Positions 36,941-46,486 of a DNA stretch of 64,000 nucleotides are shown here, piece after piece. This DNA is from Minisyncoccia bacterium (GTDB lineage Bacteria; Patescibacteriota; Minisyncoccia; Phycocordibacterales; UBA9973): assembly GCA_965656375.1 (NCBI GenBank), contig CBFHKH010000001.1:217319-281318 (forward strand), in the 5' to 3' direction. The translations under genes were made by a program, and so were the position numbers. The number at the start of each line of letters is the position of its first letter. Position 1 is the stretch's first letter. The notes under the pieces are model-generated. The model made no database searches. It had not been told where the DNA came from and saw only the letters and a program-made list of their open reading frames with translations.

Positions 36941-38317
36941 TTAGTTTTGCAACGGGTCGATCATTTTTGTCTGAATGCTCTCTTTCTTGGCCATAACTTG
37001 CTTTCCATAGGCACAGGTAGATCCGCCACTTCCATAGTATTTACATGCCGCTTTGATCTGAGCTGAATAGCCACCACCGCTTGCTCCGAGGTCTGACAAG
37101 AAGGTTGCAGATGCCATAAATGCATCTGGCGGGTTCCACGGGTCGGGCATCGCCACCCCAAGGGATTTTGCGACTTTCTTTGCTATTCCTTTCCATGTAG
37201 ACGGTATGAATTGCGCAGGACCCATAGCTCCTCCCCAACTAGATGCACCCGCTGACGCGATCGGACACGACACAAGCGTTCGAGCTGGATCACGACCAAG
37301 TGCAAGCGTGATCTCTGTAAACGGTCCGATATCACGACTCGGTTTCATCACATTCTTAAATGTTTTATTGCTCTTTGAGCTAATACCTTCTCCAGTTTCC
37401 ATATTTGTCACATAACATGAACCTTGATCAGTACCGAGGTTACTTTCCTGAGTAATGATGGCTAAAATAAATGCAGTATCCACGCCGGTAACCTTCGAAG
37501 CACTTGTAGCGTATTCAAGAGCTTTTCCAAATGGAATTGCAGATACATCGCGAAGATTGAAAAGTACTGCGAGGATCTCTGCTCTTCGTTTTGCCTTTGC
37601 ATCCAAGACTTTTTGGTATTCTTTTTCTTTGTTTTTACTGATCGAAAGGAGCTGCTGTTTTTCTGCTTCGTTTGATTCGACTTGCTTTTTACTCGTTTCA
37701 AGCTGAACTTTCACATCAGTGGCTTCATCTTTCTTCTTTTCAAGTTCTTTCTTTTCAGTTTCAGTCTCAGTTTTTACTCCTCTAATTTCATCGACTGATT
37801 CTTTGATGCCTTCTTTGAGTGATGCAAATGCGTCGATATCTCCATACGCGTCGGAAAGATTATCTTTTGACAAGATGAAAGAAAGTAGAGATTTCTCATC
37901 AAGTTCTCTGTCCTTGCGCAATAATTGCGCAAGTGATTCTTTTTCTGTATCGATCTTGGTTGTCAGGTTTTCTATCGTTTTATTTTTTTGAGTTATTTCA
38001 CCTCCGAGTTTTTTGATAACGAGATTTTTTGCCTGAATATCGAGTTTTGCTTTTTTAATTTGTGTAGTAAGGATGGCGATATCGCGTGACAAAGAGACAG
38101 ATTGACCCTTTTGACCATCAAGTTCCTTCTGCTTTTGAGCGATTTCCTGTACGAGCTGGTCGTATTCACTTTGTAATCGAGCTCTATCTGCTTGGGCATT
38201 TTGGAGCGCTTGATCAGCCGCAAATACAGGCGTATGTGTGACAGAAAAGCTGGTAAATACCAACATACCTATTAAGAATAATGAAAAAATATATTTAAAA
38301 TTACGTTTTAGGTGCAT
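36941..38317 (-). CDS. secreted coiled-coil protein with C-terminal lytic transglycosylase (SLT_2/MltB-like) domain
   Basis: Signal peptide, about 250-aa coiled coil, then catalytic ITQES and GAMGPAQFIPSTW motifs. Confidence 0.65.
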   Translation of the reverse strand: MHLKRNFKYIFSLFLIGMLVFTSFSVTHTPVFAADQALQNAQADRARLQSEYDQLVQEIAQKQKELDGQKGQSVSLSRDIAILTTQIKKAKLDIQAKNLVIKKLGGEITQKNKTIENLTTKIDTEKESLAQLLRKDRELDEKSLLSFILSKDNLSDAYGDIDAFASLKEGIKESVDEIRGVKTETETEKKELEKKKDEATDVKVQLETSKKQVESNEAEKQQLLSISKNKEKEYQKVLDAKAKRRAEILAVLFNLRDVSAIPFGKALEYATSASKVTGVDTAFILAIITQESNLGTDQGSCYVTNMETGEGISSKSNKTFKNVMKPSRDIGPFTEITLALGRDPARTLVSCPIASAGASSWGGAMGPAQFIPSTWKGIAKKVAKSLGVAMPDPWNPPDAFMASATFLSDLGASGGGYSAQIKAACKYYGSGGSTCAYGKQVMAKKESIQTKMIDPLQN

Positions 38318-38387
38318 ACTGACTCAGTATATCATATAAAATCCCCTCTCGCTTTCGCGTAAGGGGACCTTATAAATACGTATATTA

Positions 38388-39032
38388 TTACTCTCCTGCT
38401 TGATCTGTCGTTTCGTCTTCTTTCTTACCCTTTTTCTCGACTTCAATAGCAGAAAGGTCAACTGGAGCTTCTTCTTTTTCTTCTTTTGCTGCTGCGACAA
38501 GCGCAACGACTTCCATACCATCTGTAACCAGAGTAACTCCTTTTGGAAGTACTATATCAGCTGCGTGCAATTGATTTTCGAGTGTTTCAAGGCTTGAAAT
38601 ATCAACGACAATAGAATGTGGCAAATCCTTTGGTAAAGCTTCTACATGTACTTCGTGAAGTACTTTTACGAGTGAACCAAGACCTGCTTTTTCGGCAGGT
38701 GCTACCCCTGTAAATTCAAGCGGGATATTGACCTGTACTGGTTTGTTCATATCAATAGCCAGAAAGTCAACGTGGATCGGGAATCCCTTCACTGGGTCAA
38801 CTTGGAGGTCATGAATAAGTACATCAATTTTTTTACCTTCAAGGTCAAGCGCTATAGTGCTTGATTCGCCGGCTATCTTCCAAGCTTTTATGAAATCGAC
38901 ACTCGGTACGGAAATTGATGTGTTTTCCACACGAGCGCCATAGACGACTGCTGGGACCATGCCGTTACTTCGCACGTCACCGAGCTTGTCTGCCTTACTT
39001 CGCTTTGTTGCGGTTAATGTTTGCATGGGCAT
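38388..39032 (-). CDS. rplY: 50S ribosomal protein L25/general stress protein Ctc
   Basis: N-terminal L25 beta-barrel (TATKRSK...GMVPAVVYG) plus Ctc-type C-terminal domain and an acidic tail. The longest ORF starts at 39068. Confidence 0.8.
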   Translation of the reverse strand: MPMQTLTATKRSKADKLGDVRSNGMVPAVVYGARVENTSISVPSVDFIKAWKIAGESSTIALDLEGKKIDVLIHDLQVDPVKGFPIHVDFLAIDMNKPVQVNIPLEFTGVAPAEKAGLGSLVKVLHEVHVEALPKDLPHSIVVDISSLETLENQLHAADIVLPKGVTLVTDGMEVVALVAAAKEEKEEAPVDLSAIEVEKKGKKEDETTDQAGE

Positions 39033-39071
39033 TATAATAGCACACAAAGTTCGTGTGTGCAAATACAACTA

Positions 39072-39099
39072 TTGACAATTTTCGGATAGAAGGTATATA
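39072..39099 (+). promoter_or_regulatory. orphan sigma70-like promoter TTGACA-N16-TATATA with no downstream plus-strand CDS
   Basis: TTGACA at 39072-39077, TATATA at 39094-39099. The downstream 39106-39290 contains hairpins and a possible terminator but only a 15-codon ORF. Confidence 0.4.
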
Positions 39100-39291
39100 C
39101 TTGTATACAGGACGATTAGCACAAAAAAGTAACTGGCTCTCAATGATATTACAGAGGTCTCATTGGGGCCAGCTTACTTTTAAAATAGCAACTAATTGCT
39201 CATTATATTTTTGACTGGTGAACCTATACACTTCTGCCAGTTGGTTTTCTAAAAGTAAAAGCCGGGGATTTTTATCTCTGGCTTTCTTATT

Positions 39292-39765
39292 TTAGGTGAT
39301 CTTTAAAATATATTTTGGTACAATACCCCTTTTTTTATACTCATCTCGTATTCGTTTTGGCAGAGTATTGAATTTTTTAATGACCTTCCTACATTTTTTT
39401 TCGCCACAATTACATTTCATGGTCCATATATCATCTGGAGCAAGGACTGTCGAATAATCAAATAGGATTTCTGTATCCTTGGAAATCGGATCGATAGATA
39501 CTATATACAGTATGTTACTTGCTTTTACTATTTTTGCATTTGGTTTACAAGAATGATTTATACGTTCGCCAATTTGACCTTTGGGATTGAGAAATTTTTC
39601 TTCATTGAATCGTATGGTATTTGATCTTGTTTGTGCATCTAAATCGTCATCTTCATTGCAGGTAATTAGCGTACCTACAAGCTTATGGATTCGACTGTTT
39701 GCGTTGAAATTTTTGCCAGCGAACAATCCTCTTCCGTTCTTAGACTTTTTTACATATACATCCAT
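39292..39765 (-). CDS. SET domain protein (putative protein lysine methyltransferase) with post-SET Cys cluster
   Basis: NHSCKPN and FDYS SET signatures. C-terminal CNCGEKKCRK. Confidence 0.7.
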   Translation of the reverse strand: MDVYVKKSKNGRGLFAGKNFNANSRIHKLVGTLITCNEDDDLDAQTRSNTIRFNEEKFLNPKGQIGERINHSCKPNAKIVKASNILYIVSIDPISKDTEILFDYSTVLAPDDIWTMKCNCGEKKCRKVIKKFNTLPKRIRDEYKKRGIVPKYILKIT

Positions 39766-39771
39766 AGCAAT

Positions 39772-41511
39772 TTATACAGTATGTAACTGTTCATGACTTT
39801 CGCGTATAATATGGGCTGCTATGTATTCCTTTGTTGCGCCGACTTTCTTACCAGGATTTAGAATATTTTGCGAGTCAAATATCAGTTTTGTTTTTTCAAA
39901 TAGACCATACATCTTCTCTCCGAACATTTGTAAAAGAAATGGCGAGCGGATAATGCCGTCATTGTGCTCCGCTGTTGTAGAACCTTTGTATTTGAGAACA
40001 AGATCGTATACTTTTTGAGAAAGCTCAAGAATGATCGTGGGCGTAAATGGATCTGAGAAATCCATAAGAGGGATAATATGAAAATTTCCATTACCTGCAT
40101 GACCTGCGATAGTGTATGTTATCGGATACTCTTTCAAAATTACATCAAGCTCGGGCAAGAATACGGGCAAAAACTCAGGCGGAACGATGATGTCATCTAT
40201 AAATGGAGCAGTATGCTTGTCTTTAACATGTTTGCGCAAGAGCGCAAAACTCTCACGTCGAATATCCCAATACTTTCCTGATTCTGTTTGCGAAGTTGTA
40301 GTTCTAACTTTAAATGGGAATTTAACTAAATCTGGAAGAAGTGCCTTGGCTTTTTTGTCGATTTCCTTTTCATCGCTTCCTGCAAATTCTACGAGAAGGA
40401 TCAATTTTGGTATTCCAAACGTACTCATCATAAGCACCTCAGGCCAAAAGCTCCACATGAATTTAATCATACCCCACGCACCTTTTCTTTTTAGGAAATC
40501 TGGGAAGAACTTTATCGCAAGCCTCATCGTTGCGTCATCATATGATTCGAGACTCTCAGGATGATGCGGTAAAATTGTATCAACAAGTTCTCCTAGACGT
40601 GCAATATCTTTCATGAAGATAACAACAAGTTTCGACACTTTTTCTACATCTACAAGATGAAGAGTTATTTCTGTAACAATACCGAGCGTACCCTGAGAGC
40701 CAACGATAAGTTTTCCCAAGTCGAAAATTTCTTTTTCTTCATCCCATACATTCCATAAATAATATCCAGCAGAGTTTTTGGACACGTTCGGTTTTCCGTT
40801 CTTGATAGTATCTTTATTCTCATTGATGAGTTGAAAAATATTTTTGTATATTTCTCCTTCAAAATCTCCTTGAGCAATTTTACCGTACAGTTCCTTCTTG
40901 GTAAGTGGTCTGACTGTATACTCTCTCCCGTCTGCAAATATTACTTTTAACTCTTTTACGTAATCCTCTGTCTTACCATATTGGAGCGTCTTTTCCCCAG
41001 CAGAATTATTCCCAACCATGCCTCCGATCGCGTTAAGACTCTTTGAAGCTGTGTAACATGGCAATAAGAGACCTTTTTTAAGCGTCTCTGGTTCAAAATC
41101 TCGATAGTAACATCCAGGCTCCACAGTTGAAACACCAGTAATATGAACATTGTGAGCATGTGGGTATTTCGGGGTCATCTCAAATGGCGTAATTTTCTCG
41201 ATACTTTTGATGGCATTCATATATCTCGTAAAATCGATGATCACTGACTCCCCGATTGCTCCACCTGACATGCAGGTACCGGCTGAGCGAGGTGTGAGCG
41301 CAAGTGAGGGATAAAGGGCCTTGTTTTCATGTACCCATTTTACAAGTCGCATGAGGTCTTCCTTGTCCTTTGGGAAAACAACTACTTCGGGTCGTACTTC
41401 CAAAAGTGATGCATCGTGCGAGTACTGTGTGAGTACTTCATCACTCGTTTCGACATCACCTTTAAAGAATTTTTTTATTTCATTCTCAAGATCCATACTA
41501 TTTGATTCCAT
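39772..41511 (-). CDS. FAD-binding oxidoreductase (FAD_binding_4 / GlcD-AGPS family)
   Basis: PCMH-type FAD-binding domain PRSAGTCMSGGAIGESVIIDF. Start trimmed to the internal Met to avoid a 178-nt overlap with fba. The longest ORF starts at 41676. Confidence 0.7.
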   Translation of the reverse strand: MESNSMDLENEIKKFFKGDVETSDEVLTQYSHDASLLEVRPEVVVFPKDKEDLMRLVKWVHENKALYPSLALTPRSAGTCMSGGAIGESVIIDFTRYMNAIKSIEKITPFEMTPKYPHAHNVHITGVSTVEPGCYYRDFEPETLKKGLLLPCYTASKSLNAIGGMVGNNSAGEKTLQYGKTEDYVKELKVIFADGREYTVRPLTKKELYGKIAQGDFEGEIYKNIFQLINENKDTIKNGKPNVSKNSAGYYLWNVWDEEKEIFDLGKLIVGSQGTLGIVTEITLHLVDVEKVSKLVVIFMKDIARLGELVDTILPHHPESLESYDDATMRLAIKFFPDFLKRKGAWGMIKFMWSFWPEVLMMSTFGIPKLILLVEFAGSDEKEIDKKAKALLPDLVKFPFKVRTTTSQTESGKYWDIRRESFALLRKHVKDKHTAPFIDDIIVPPEFLPVFLPELDVILKEYPITYTIAGHAGNGNFHIIPLMDFSDPFTPTIILELSQKVYDLVLKYKGSTTAEHNDGIIRSPFLLQMFGEKMYGLFEKTKLIFDSQNILNPGKKVGATKEYIAAHIIRESHEQLHTV

Positions 41512-42370
41512 TAAAGAGCTTAAGTCGTGCCTCGACAACTTTTTCAATAGCATCAACTGCTTCGGGTAAGTATTTATATGGAGCAATCTCACCGGGATTA
41601 TCGGTAAGTGATTTTTGTAACGCCTCTCTGTATGTAATGCGAATCTCAGTATTAATGTGAACAATATCGATTCCATTTTTAATGCAGGTTATAAAATCCT
41701 CATCCATCGTTCCTGAACCGCCATGAAGTACAAGCGGAATTCCAACAGCCTCACGGATTGCTTTTACTCGCTCCGGATGTAAACGAGGGTTACCTGTTCT
41801 AACCATGCCATGCACATTACCTACAGAAGGAGCAAGCATATCAATTCCCGTTGCCTCTACAAATGCTTTTGCATCATCAGGCTTTGTCATCGTTAATTCC
41901 GAGACTCCATCTGGTATAGCATCAAGAACTTTAGAAGATTGCCCAATGAACCCAAGCTCAGCTTCGATTAATACGTCGCGACCAAAAGCCATGTTTACTT
42001 CTCGTGCATAGTCAACACATTTTTTTGTTAGTGCGATATTTTCTTCAAGCGGAAGTTTTGCACCGTCAATAATAACTGAGTCATATCCCGCATCGATAGC
42101 AGCCTTTACTGTTTCAAAACTATAGTGATGGTCACCGTTTAGGAATATAGGGTATTGATCTTTTTCCCTGATCGCTCTAATAAGGGCTACGCCCTCTTCC
42201 ATTCCCACAAATTTCTCTTCACCCTCAGTCATTCCGATTATAATGGGTACCCCGAGCTTTCTTGCTGCAGCATAGACACCATGGAGTCCTTCCAGATTAG
42301 AGATGTTAAAGTGCCCAATTGCTACACCATTCTCATCTGCTTCTTTGATACATTCGCGTAGGGTTTTCAT
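41498..42370 (-). CDS. fba: class II fructose-bisphosphate aldolase (FbaA/KbaY family)
   Basis: GVAIGHFNISNLE N-terminus and LVLHGGSG metal-binding motif. 290 aa. Confidence 0.8.
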   Translation of the reverse strand: MKTLRECIKEADENGVAIGHFNISNLEGLHGVYAAARKLGVPIIIGMTEGEEKFVGMEEGVALIRAIREKDQYPIFLNGDHHYSFETVKAAIDAGYDSVIIDGAKLPLEENIALTKKCVDYAREVNMAFGRDVLIEAELGFIGQSSKVLDAIPDGVSELTMTKPDDAKAFVEATGIDMLAPSVGNVHGMVRTGNPRLHPERVKAIREAVGIPLVLHGGSGTMDEDFITCIKNGIDIVHINTEIRITYREALQKSLTDNPGEIAPYKYLPEAVDAIEKVVEARLKLFNGIK

Positions 42371-42473
42371 GTATTGGATTATATCATACTGTGATATAGA
42401 GGGTACACTATATTAACTGCATCCTTAGATTACACAAATGTGTATTTGCACATGTTCATTGCTTGTTGATATA

Positions 42474-43475
42474 ATGCGACACATGGATACACCAATCGAC
42501 TTTTTAGCAATCGGAGACCTCGTTGTCGATGATTTTATTAGACTAAAGGATGCTGAAGCTACCTGTGACCTTGATCTGGAACACTGCAAACTCTCTATTC
42601 GCTTTGGAGATAAAGTGCCGTACGAATTCCATGAAATACTTTACGCAGTTGGCAATAGTGGTAACGCAGCAGTTTCAGCTTCACGTCTTGGTTTGCGCAC
42701 TGCTCACCATGCTATGGTCGGCAATGATGAACATGGTAAAAAGTGTATCGAAGCACAAAAAGCGGATAATATCATCACAGACTATATTAAAATCGATGAG
42801 AAACTCTGGACCAATTATCACTACGTGCTTTGGTATGGACCAGAACGTACGATCCTTGTAAACCATGCTCCCTACGAAAAGCATTTACCAGAGAATCTAG
42901 TTGCACCTAAGTGGATTTATCTTACATCTCTTGGCGAGAATACTGAAGCATTTCATCATGAAATTATCTCATGGCTTAAAGCACATCCGGAAACTAAATT
43001 AGCATTCCAGCCGGGTACGTTTCAAATGAAGTTTGGCACAGAAAAATTAAAGGATATATACGAACGTGCTGAAATATTCTTTTGTAACGTAGATGAAGCA
43101 CAAAGAATACTAAAGATTGAAGAAATGGACCCAAAGAAACTTATGGATGCACTTCATGCGCTCGGGCCTAAAATAGTAGTCATGACAGATGGCATAAAAG
43201 GAGCATATGCAAGAGAAGAAAATGGTGATGCATGGTTTATGCCTGTCTATCCTCATGACCCCGTTGAGCGAACTGGCGCTGGTGACGCATTTTCATCAAC
43301 GGTCACTTCTTGTTTAGCTCTTGGAAAGACACTCGAAGAAGCCCTACTATGGGCTCCGATTAATGCTATGTCTGTAACGCAAGAAATTGGAGCTCAGAAA
43401 GGATTACTCTCAAAAGAAAAACTTGAGGAATACTTTAAAAAAGCTCCTCTCGACTACAAACCTACAAAACTATAA
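42474..43475 (+). CDS. PfkB-family carbohydrate kinase
   Basis: TGAGDAFSS ATP-binding motif and GG N-terminal motif. Divergent from fba. The longest ORF starts at 42438. Confidence 0.75.
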   Translation: MRHMDTPIDFLAIGDLVVDDFIRLKDAEATCDLDLEHCKLSIRFGDKVPYEFHEILYAVGNSGNAAVSASRLGLRTAHHAMVGNDEHGKKCIEAQKADNIITDYIKIDEKLWTNYHYVLWYGPERTILVNHAPYEKHLPENLVAPKWIYLTSLGENTEAFHHEIISWLKAHPETKLAFQPGTFQMKFGTEKLKDIYERAEIFFCNVDEAQRILKIEEMDPKKLMDALHALGPKIVVMTDGIKGAYAREENGDAWFMPVYPHDPVERTGAGDAFSSTVTSCLALGKTLEEALLWAPINAMSVTQEIGAQKGLLSKEKLEEYFKKAPLDYKPTKL

Positions 43476-43489
43476 TAAAAAGTAAGAAT

Positions 43490-43516
43490 GGACCTATACT
43501 ATATAGGTCTTTTTAC
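43490..43516 (+). terminator. rho-independent terminator
   Basis: GACCTATA-cta-TATAGGTC followed by TTTTTAC. Confidence 0.6.
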
Positions 43517-43545
43517 TTGACTTTTGTACTACAATTTGCTATAAT
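43517..43545 (+). promoter_or_regulatory. sigma70-type promoter TTGACT-N17-TATAAT
   Basis: TTGACT at 43517-43522, TATAAT at 43540-43545. Confidence 0.55.
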
Positions 43546-43599
43546 AGAGTACAAATAAGATTTTCAAATTTCTAACACTAACCTCAAAAATTTAATACT

Positions 43600-43905
43600 A
43601 TGCAGTTATTTCCTGAATCAAACAACACGCATCTTTTCGGAATGACATTCAACGAACATTCCTTCGACCCGCAATCTGTTTCACACACGTACAAAGCAAG
43701 TACTCATTACAGTAAGTGGCTTACTAAGTGGAATGAGGCCTGCAATTCAATTAAGAAATTTACCGCCCTATGGAAAAATCATTGGGAAGGTAAAACTACC
43801 TTAGTTGGAAAAATGCTTGTTTTGGTAGAGAGAAAATTAAAAATTCTTTTTGCCACAAGAGACAAATGCGAAGTTAAGATCCGTGAAGAACAACCTGCGA
43901 TCTGA
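43600..43905 (+). CDS. hypothetical protein (101 aa)
   Basis: ORF with its own promoter and terminator. No motif. Confidence 0.45.
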   Translation: MQLFPESNNTHLFGMTFNEHSFDPQSVSHTYKASTHYSKWLTKWNEACNSIKKFTALWKNHWEGKTTLVGKMLVLVERKLKILFATRDKCEVKIREEQPAI

Positions 43906-43923
43906 GTAAGATTTTAAAAAAAA

Positions 43924-43956
43924 GAAAAGCACTTATCATTTAGATAAGTGCTTTTT
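43924..43956. terminator. bidirectional intrinsic terminator
   Basis: AAAAGCACTTATC-attta-GATAAGTGCTTTTTATTT. Same hairpin family as 4283 and 5557. Confidence 0.65.
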
Positions 43957-43969
43957 ATTTACATTAAAG

Positions 43970-44593
43970 TTAAGCAGTATGTGGAATCTCTTTTACTTCT
44001 ATAACTTCAGGCGTTCCTTTTACATCATCATAAAACTTTGCCATAGTGACTCGGAAGTATGGGATGAGCCATATAAACCCGATTCCAAGAGTAAGAAGGC
44101 AGAGCAATCCCCATCCGATGAATCTGCATCCGAGATAGAAAAGTTTCGCCTTGTTTCCCTTCATTATTTGTTTGCTTTTCTTTATAGCATCATTTATTCC
44201 GATTTCTTTATCTTCCGCGAGAATGTAGAAAGTCTGTGAGTATGCGTATGCAGCAATGATACCTGGAACAATGAGGAGCAGGAATCTAAGAAAAACGTAG
44301 ATCATAGTAAGGAAATACGCAGCTATCGCTCTTCCCCATTCATTGAATCCATCAAACAAGAGAGAAACTTTTGGCTGCTGTCCTCTCGAATACGCGAGCC
44401 AAAATAAACAAAGTCCAAGCGTAATCGGAGCTCCAATAAGGAAAGAAGCAATGCTTCCAAACGCTTCACCTGGTATCGCACCTAATAATATTGAGATAAC
44501 AATAGAAACCAAAGAGGCTTTTACTGCGAGACCCCATTTGCCATCGAGAGTCTCCCTTGCTTGCTTCATCAGCACTTTATTTGGTGTATTCAT
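43970..44593 (-). CDS. integral membrane protein (DUF975-like?)
   Basis: Five or six TM helices. The family call is weak. Confidence 0.45.
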   Translation of the reverse strand: MNTPNKVLMKQARETLDGKWGLAVKASLVSIVISILLGAIPGEAFGSIASFLIGAPITLGLCLFWLAYSRGQQPKVSLLFDGFNEWGRAIAAYFLTMIYVFLRFLLLIVPGIIAAYAYSQTFYILAEDKEIGINDAIKKSKQIMKGNKAKLFYLGCRFIGWGLLCLLTLGIGFIWLIPYFRVTMAKFYDDVKGTPEVIEVKEIPHTA

Positions 44594-44614
44594 ATATTTT
44601 ACGATACCGAATAT

Positions 44615-45610
44615 TTACTTTCTGGTCAATACTTTTTCCACTGCGCGAATTATATGAGGTGTACCCATCTCATAATGTTCAATGAGCTCATCTGGTGTTC
44701 CAGACTGGCCGAATACATCTTTAACCCCGATGTATTCTATTGGCACAGGATAATTTGAACTGAGACATTCTGCAACTGCAGATCCCATTCCGCACGCTAT
44801 TTGGTGTTCTTCTACGGTAACTATCGCTTTTGTTTCTTTTGCAAGTGCAATGATTGCAAGAGTATCAAGTGGCTTTATAGTCGCAAGATTCATTACTTTA
44901 ACTTTGATACCTCTCTTTTCTAAGTCATTTGCAGCAACAAGCGCTTTATGAACCAAAGCTCCTGTCGCGATGATTCCTACTTGCGCAAGCCCCTGCTCTG
45001 GAGTAAATAAAATTTCTGCCTTTCCAATTCTAAATGGAGTATCTATAGTGGTAATAATGGGTGTTTTTTCACGAGCAAGGCGAATGTATGTTGGTTCTTT
45101 CGTTTGAGCACATGCAATCGTCGCTTTCTTTGCTTCAATAGAATCACAAGGAGAAAGCACAACCATATTGGGCATCACTCGCATAATAGCCATATCTTCA
45201 ACTGCTTGGTGAGTACCTCCATCGGGGCCGACAGAGATACCGGCATGTGAACCTGCTATCTTTACTGGACGATCATTATAGGCTACCGTTGTTCTTATCT
45301 GCTCCCAACTGCGTCCGGGATTAAACATTGCATAAGAAGAAATGAACGGGATTTTACCCATTGCTGCCATACCTGAAGCAACCGTTACCAAATTTTGTTC
45401 TGCAACACCGATTTGAACAAATCGTTCGGGAAATTTTTCGACGAATAGGTTCATTTTTGTAGATTCGGTCAAATCAGCGCACAATGCAACAACGTTTTCG
45501 TCATCTATACCAGCTTGCAGTAACCCTTCACCAAATCCTTGGCGGATCGGCACTTGCTCAACGTCAGCATTCCATATTTTTGTGTTCAATTTTAACTGTT
45601 GATTAAGCAT
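44615..45610 (-). CDS. tkt: transketolase, C-terminal subunit (pyrimidine-binding plus C-terminal domain)
   Basis: Split transketolase, 331 aa. Conserved E and H residues of the Pyr domain. Confidence 0.85.
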   Translation of the reverse strand: MLNQQLKLNTKIWNADVEQVPIRQGFGEGLLQAGIDDENVVALCADLTESTKMNLFVEKFPERFVQIGVAEQNLVTVASGMAAMGKIPFISSYAMFNPGRSWEQIRTTVAYNDRPVKIAGSHAGISVGPDGGTHQAVEDMAIMRVMPNMVVLSPCDSIEAKKATIACAQTKEPTYIRLAREKTPIITTIDTPFRIGKAEILFTPEQGLAQVGIIATGALVHKALVAANDLEKRGIKVKVMNLATIKPLDTLAIIALAKETKAIVTVEEHQIACGMGSAVAECLSSNYPVPIEYIGVKDVFGQSGTPDELIEHYEMGTPHIIRAVEKVLTRK

Positions 45611-45615
45611 ACATT

Positions 45616-46485
45616 TTATTGATGTTCACTTTTGATCTTACCACCAAGTGTTCGTAATTCTCGAAGTGCCATTTCGCCCTGTTCTTTGTTTGGTGGAGTA
45701 CCATGCCAGTGATAATCGCGCTCAAATTCTTTTACTCCTTTGCCTGGGATAGTACGGGCGATTATAACCGAAGGTCTCTCGTACACTGCTTTTGCTCTTT
45801 GGATCGCATCATTAATTTCTCTCATATTATGCCCATCAACTTCTTGCGCATACCAGCCAAACTGCTCGTATTTTTTGCGAAGATCTCCAAGAGGCATGAT
45901 ATCTTCGGTATAGCCATCAATTTGAATATTGTTACGATCTACAATTGCAATTAAATTGCGAAGCTTTTCTTTGCCTGCAAGTAGGACTGCTTCCCATGTA
46001 TTGCCTTCATCATGTTCGCCATCCGAAAGTAGCGCATAGATGGTCTTGTCAGTGCCAGTACCGTTGTCAATTCGATCAGCAAGTGCCATACCGACTGCTT
46101 GAGAGAGGCCAGAGCCAAGTGGCCCTGATGAGTTCTCAAGCCACGGCATATATTCACGGTGGGGATGCCCCTGAAGACGGGAACCAAATTTCCTAAGTGT
46201 CATAAGTTCAGAAAGTGGCATATATCCACTATGAGCCATAGTAGCGTATAGGACTGGACAGATATGACCATTTGAAAGTATTACACGATCACGATTTATC
46301 CAGTTTGGTTCCTCTGGATTGTGCTTGAGTGCATGGAAATAAAGTAATGTAAATATATCTGCCATGCCAAGAGGACCTGCCGTATGGCCAGACTTTGCTT
46401 CAACAAGCATTTCGATGATACTAGTACGGATATCGTTTGCTTTTTGCTCAAGTTCTTTGATTTTTGAATCAGTAAGATTTTCCAT
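45616..46485 (-). CDS. tkt: transketolase, N-terminal subunit (TPP-binding)
   Basis: GHTAGPLGMADI and SDGE..EGNTWEA TPP motifs. Start at internal Met MENLTDSK. The longest ORF starts at 46569. Confidence 0.85.
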   Translation of the reverse strand: MENLTDSKIKELEQKANDIRTSIIEMLVEAKSGHTAGPLGMADIFTLLYFHALKHNPEEPNWINRDRVILSNGHICPVLYATMAHSGYMPLSELMTLRKFGSRLQGHPHREYMPWLENSSGPLGSGLSQAVGMALADRIDNGTGTDKTIYALLSDGEHDEGNTWEAVLLAGKEKLRNLIAIVDRNNIQIDGYTEDIMPLGDLRKKYEQFGWYAQEVDGHNMREINDAIQRAKAVYERPSVIIARTIPGKGVKEFERDYHWHGTPPNKEQGEMALRELRTLGGKIKSEHQ

Positions 46486-46486
46486 A

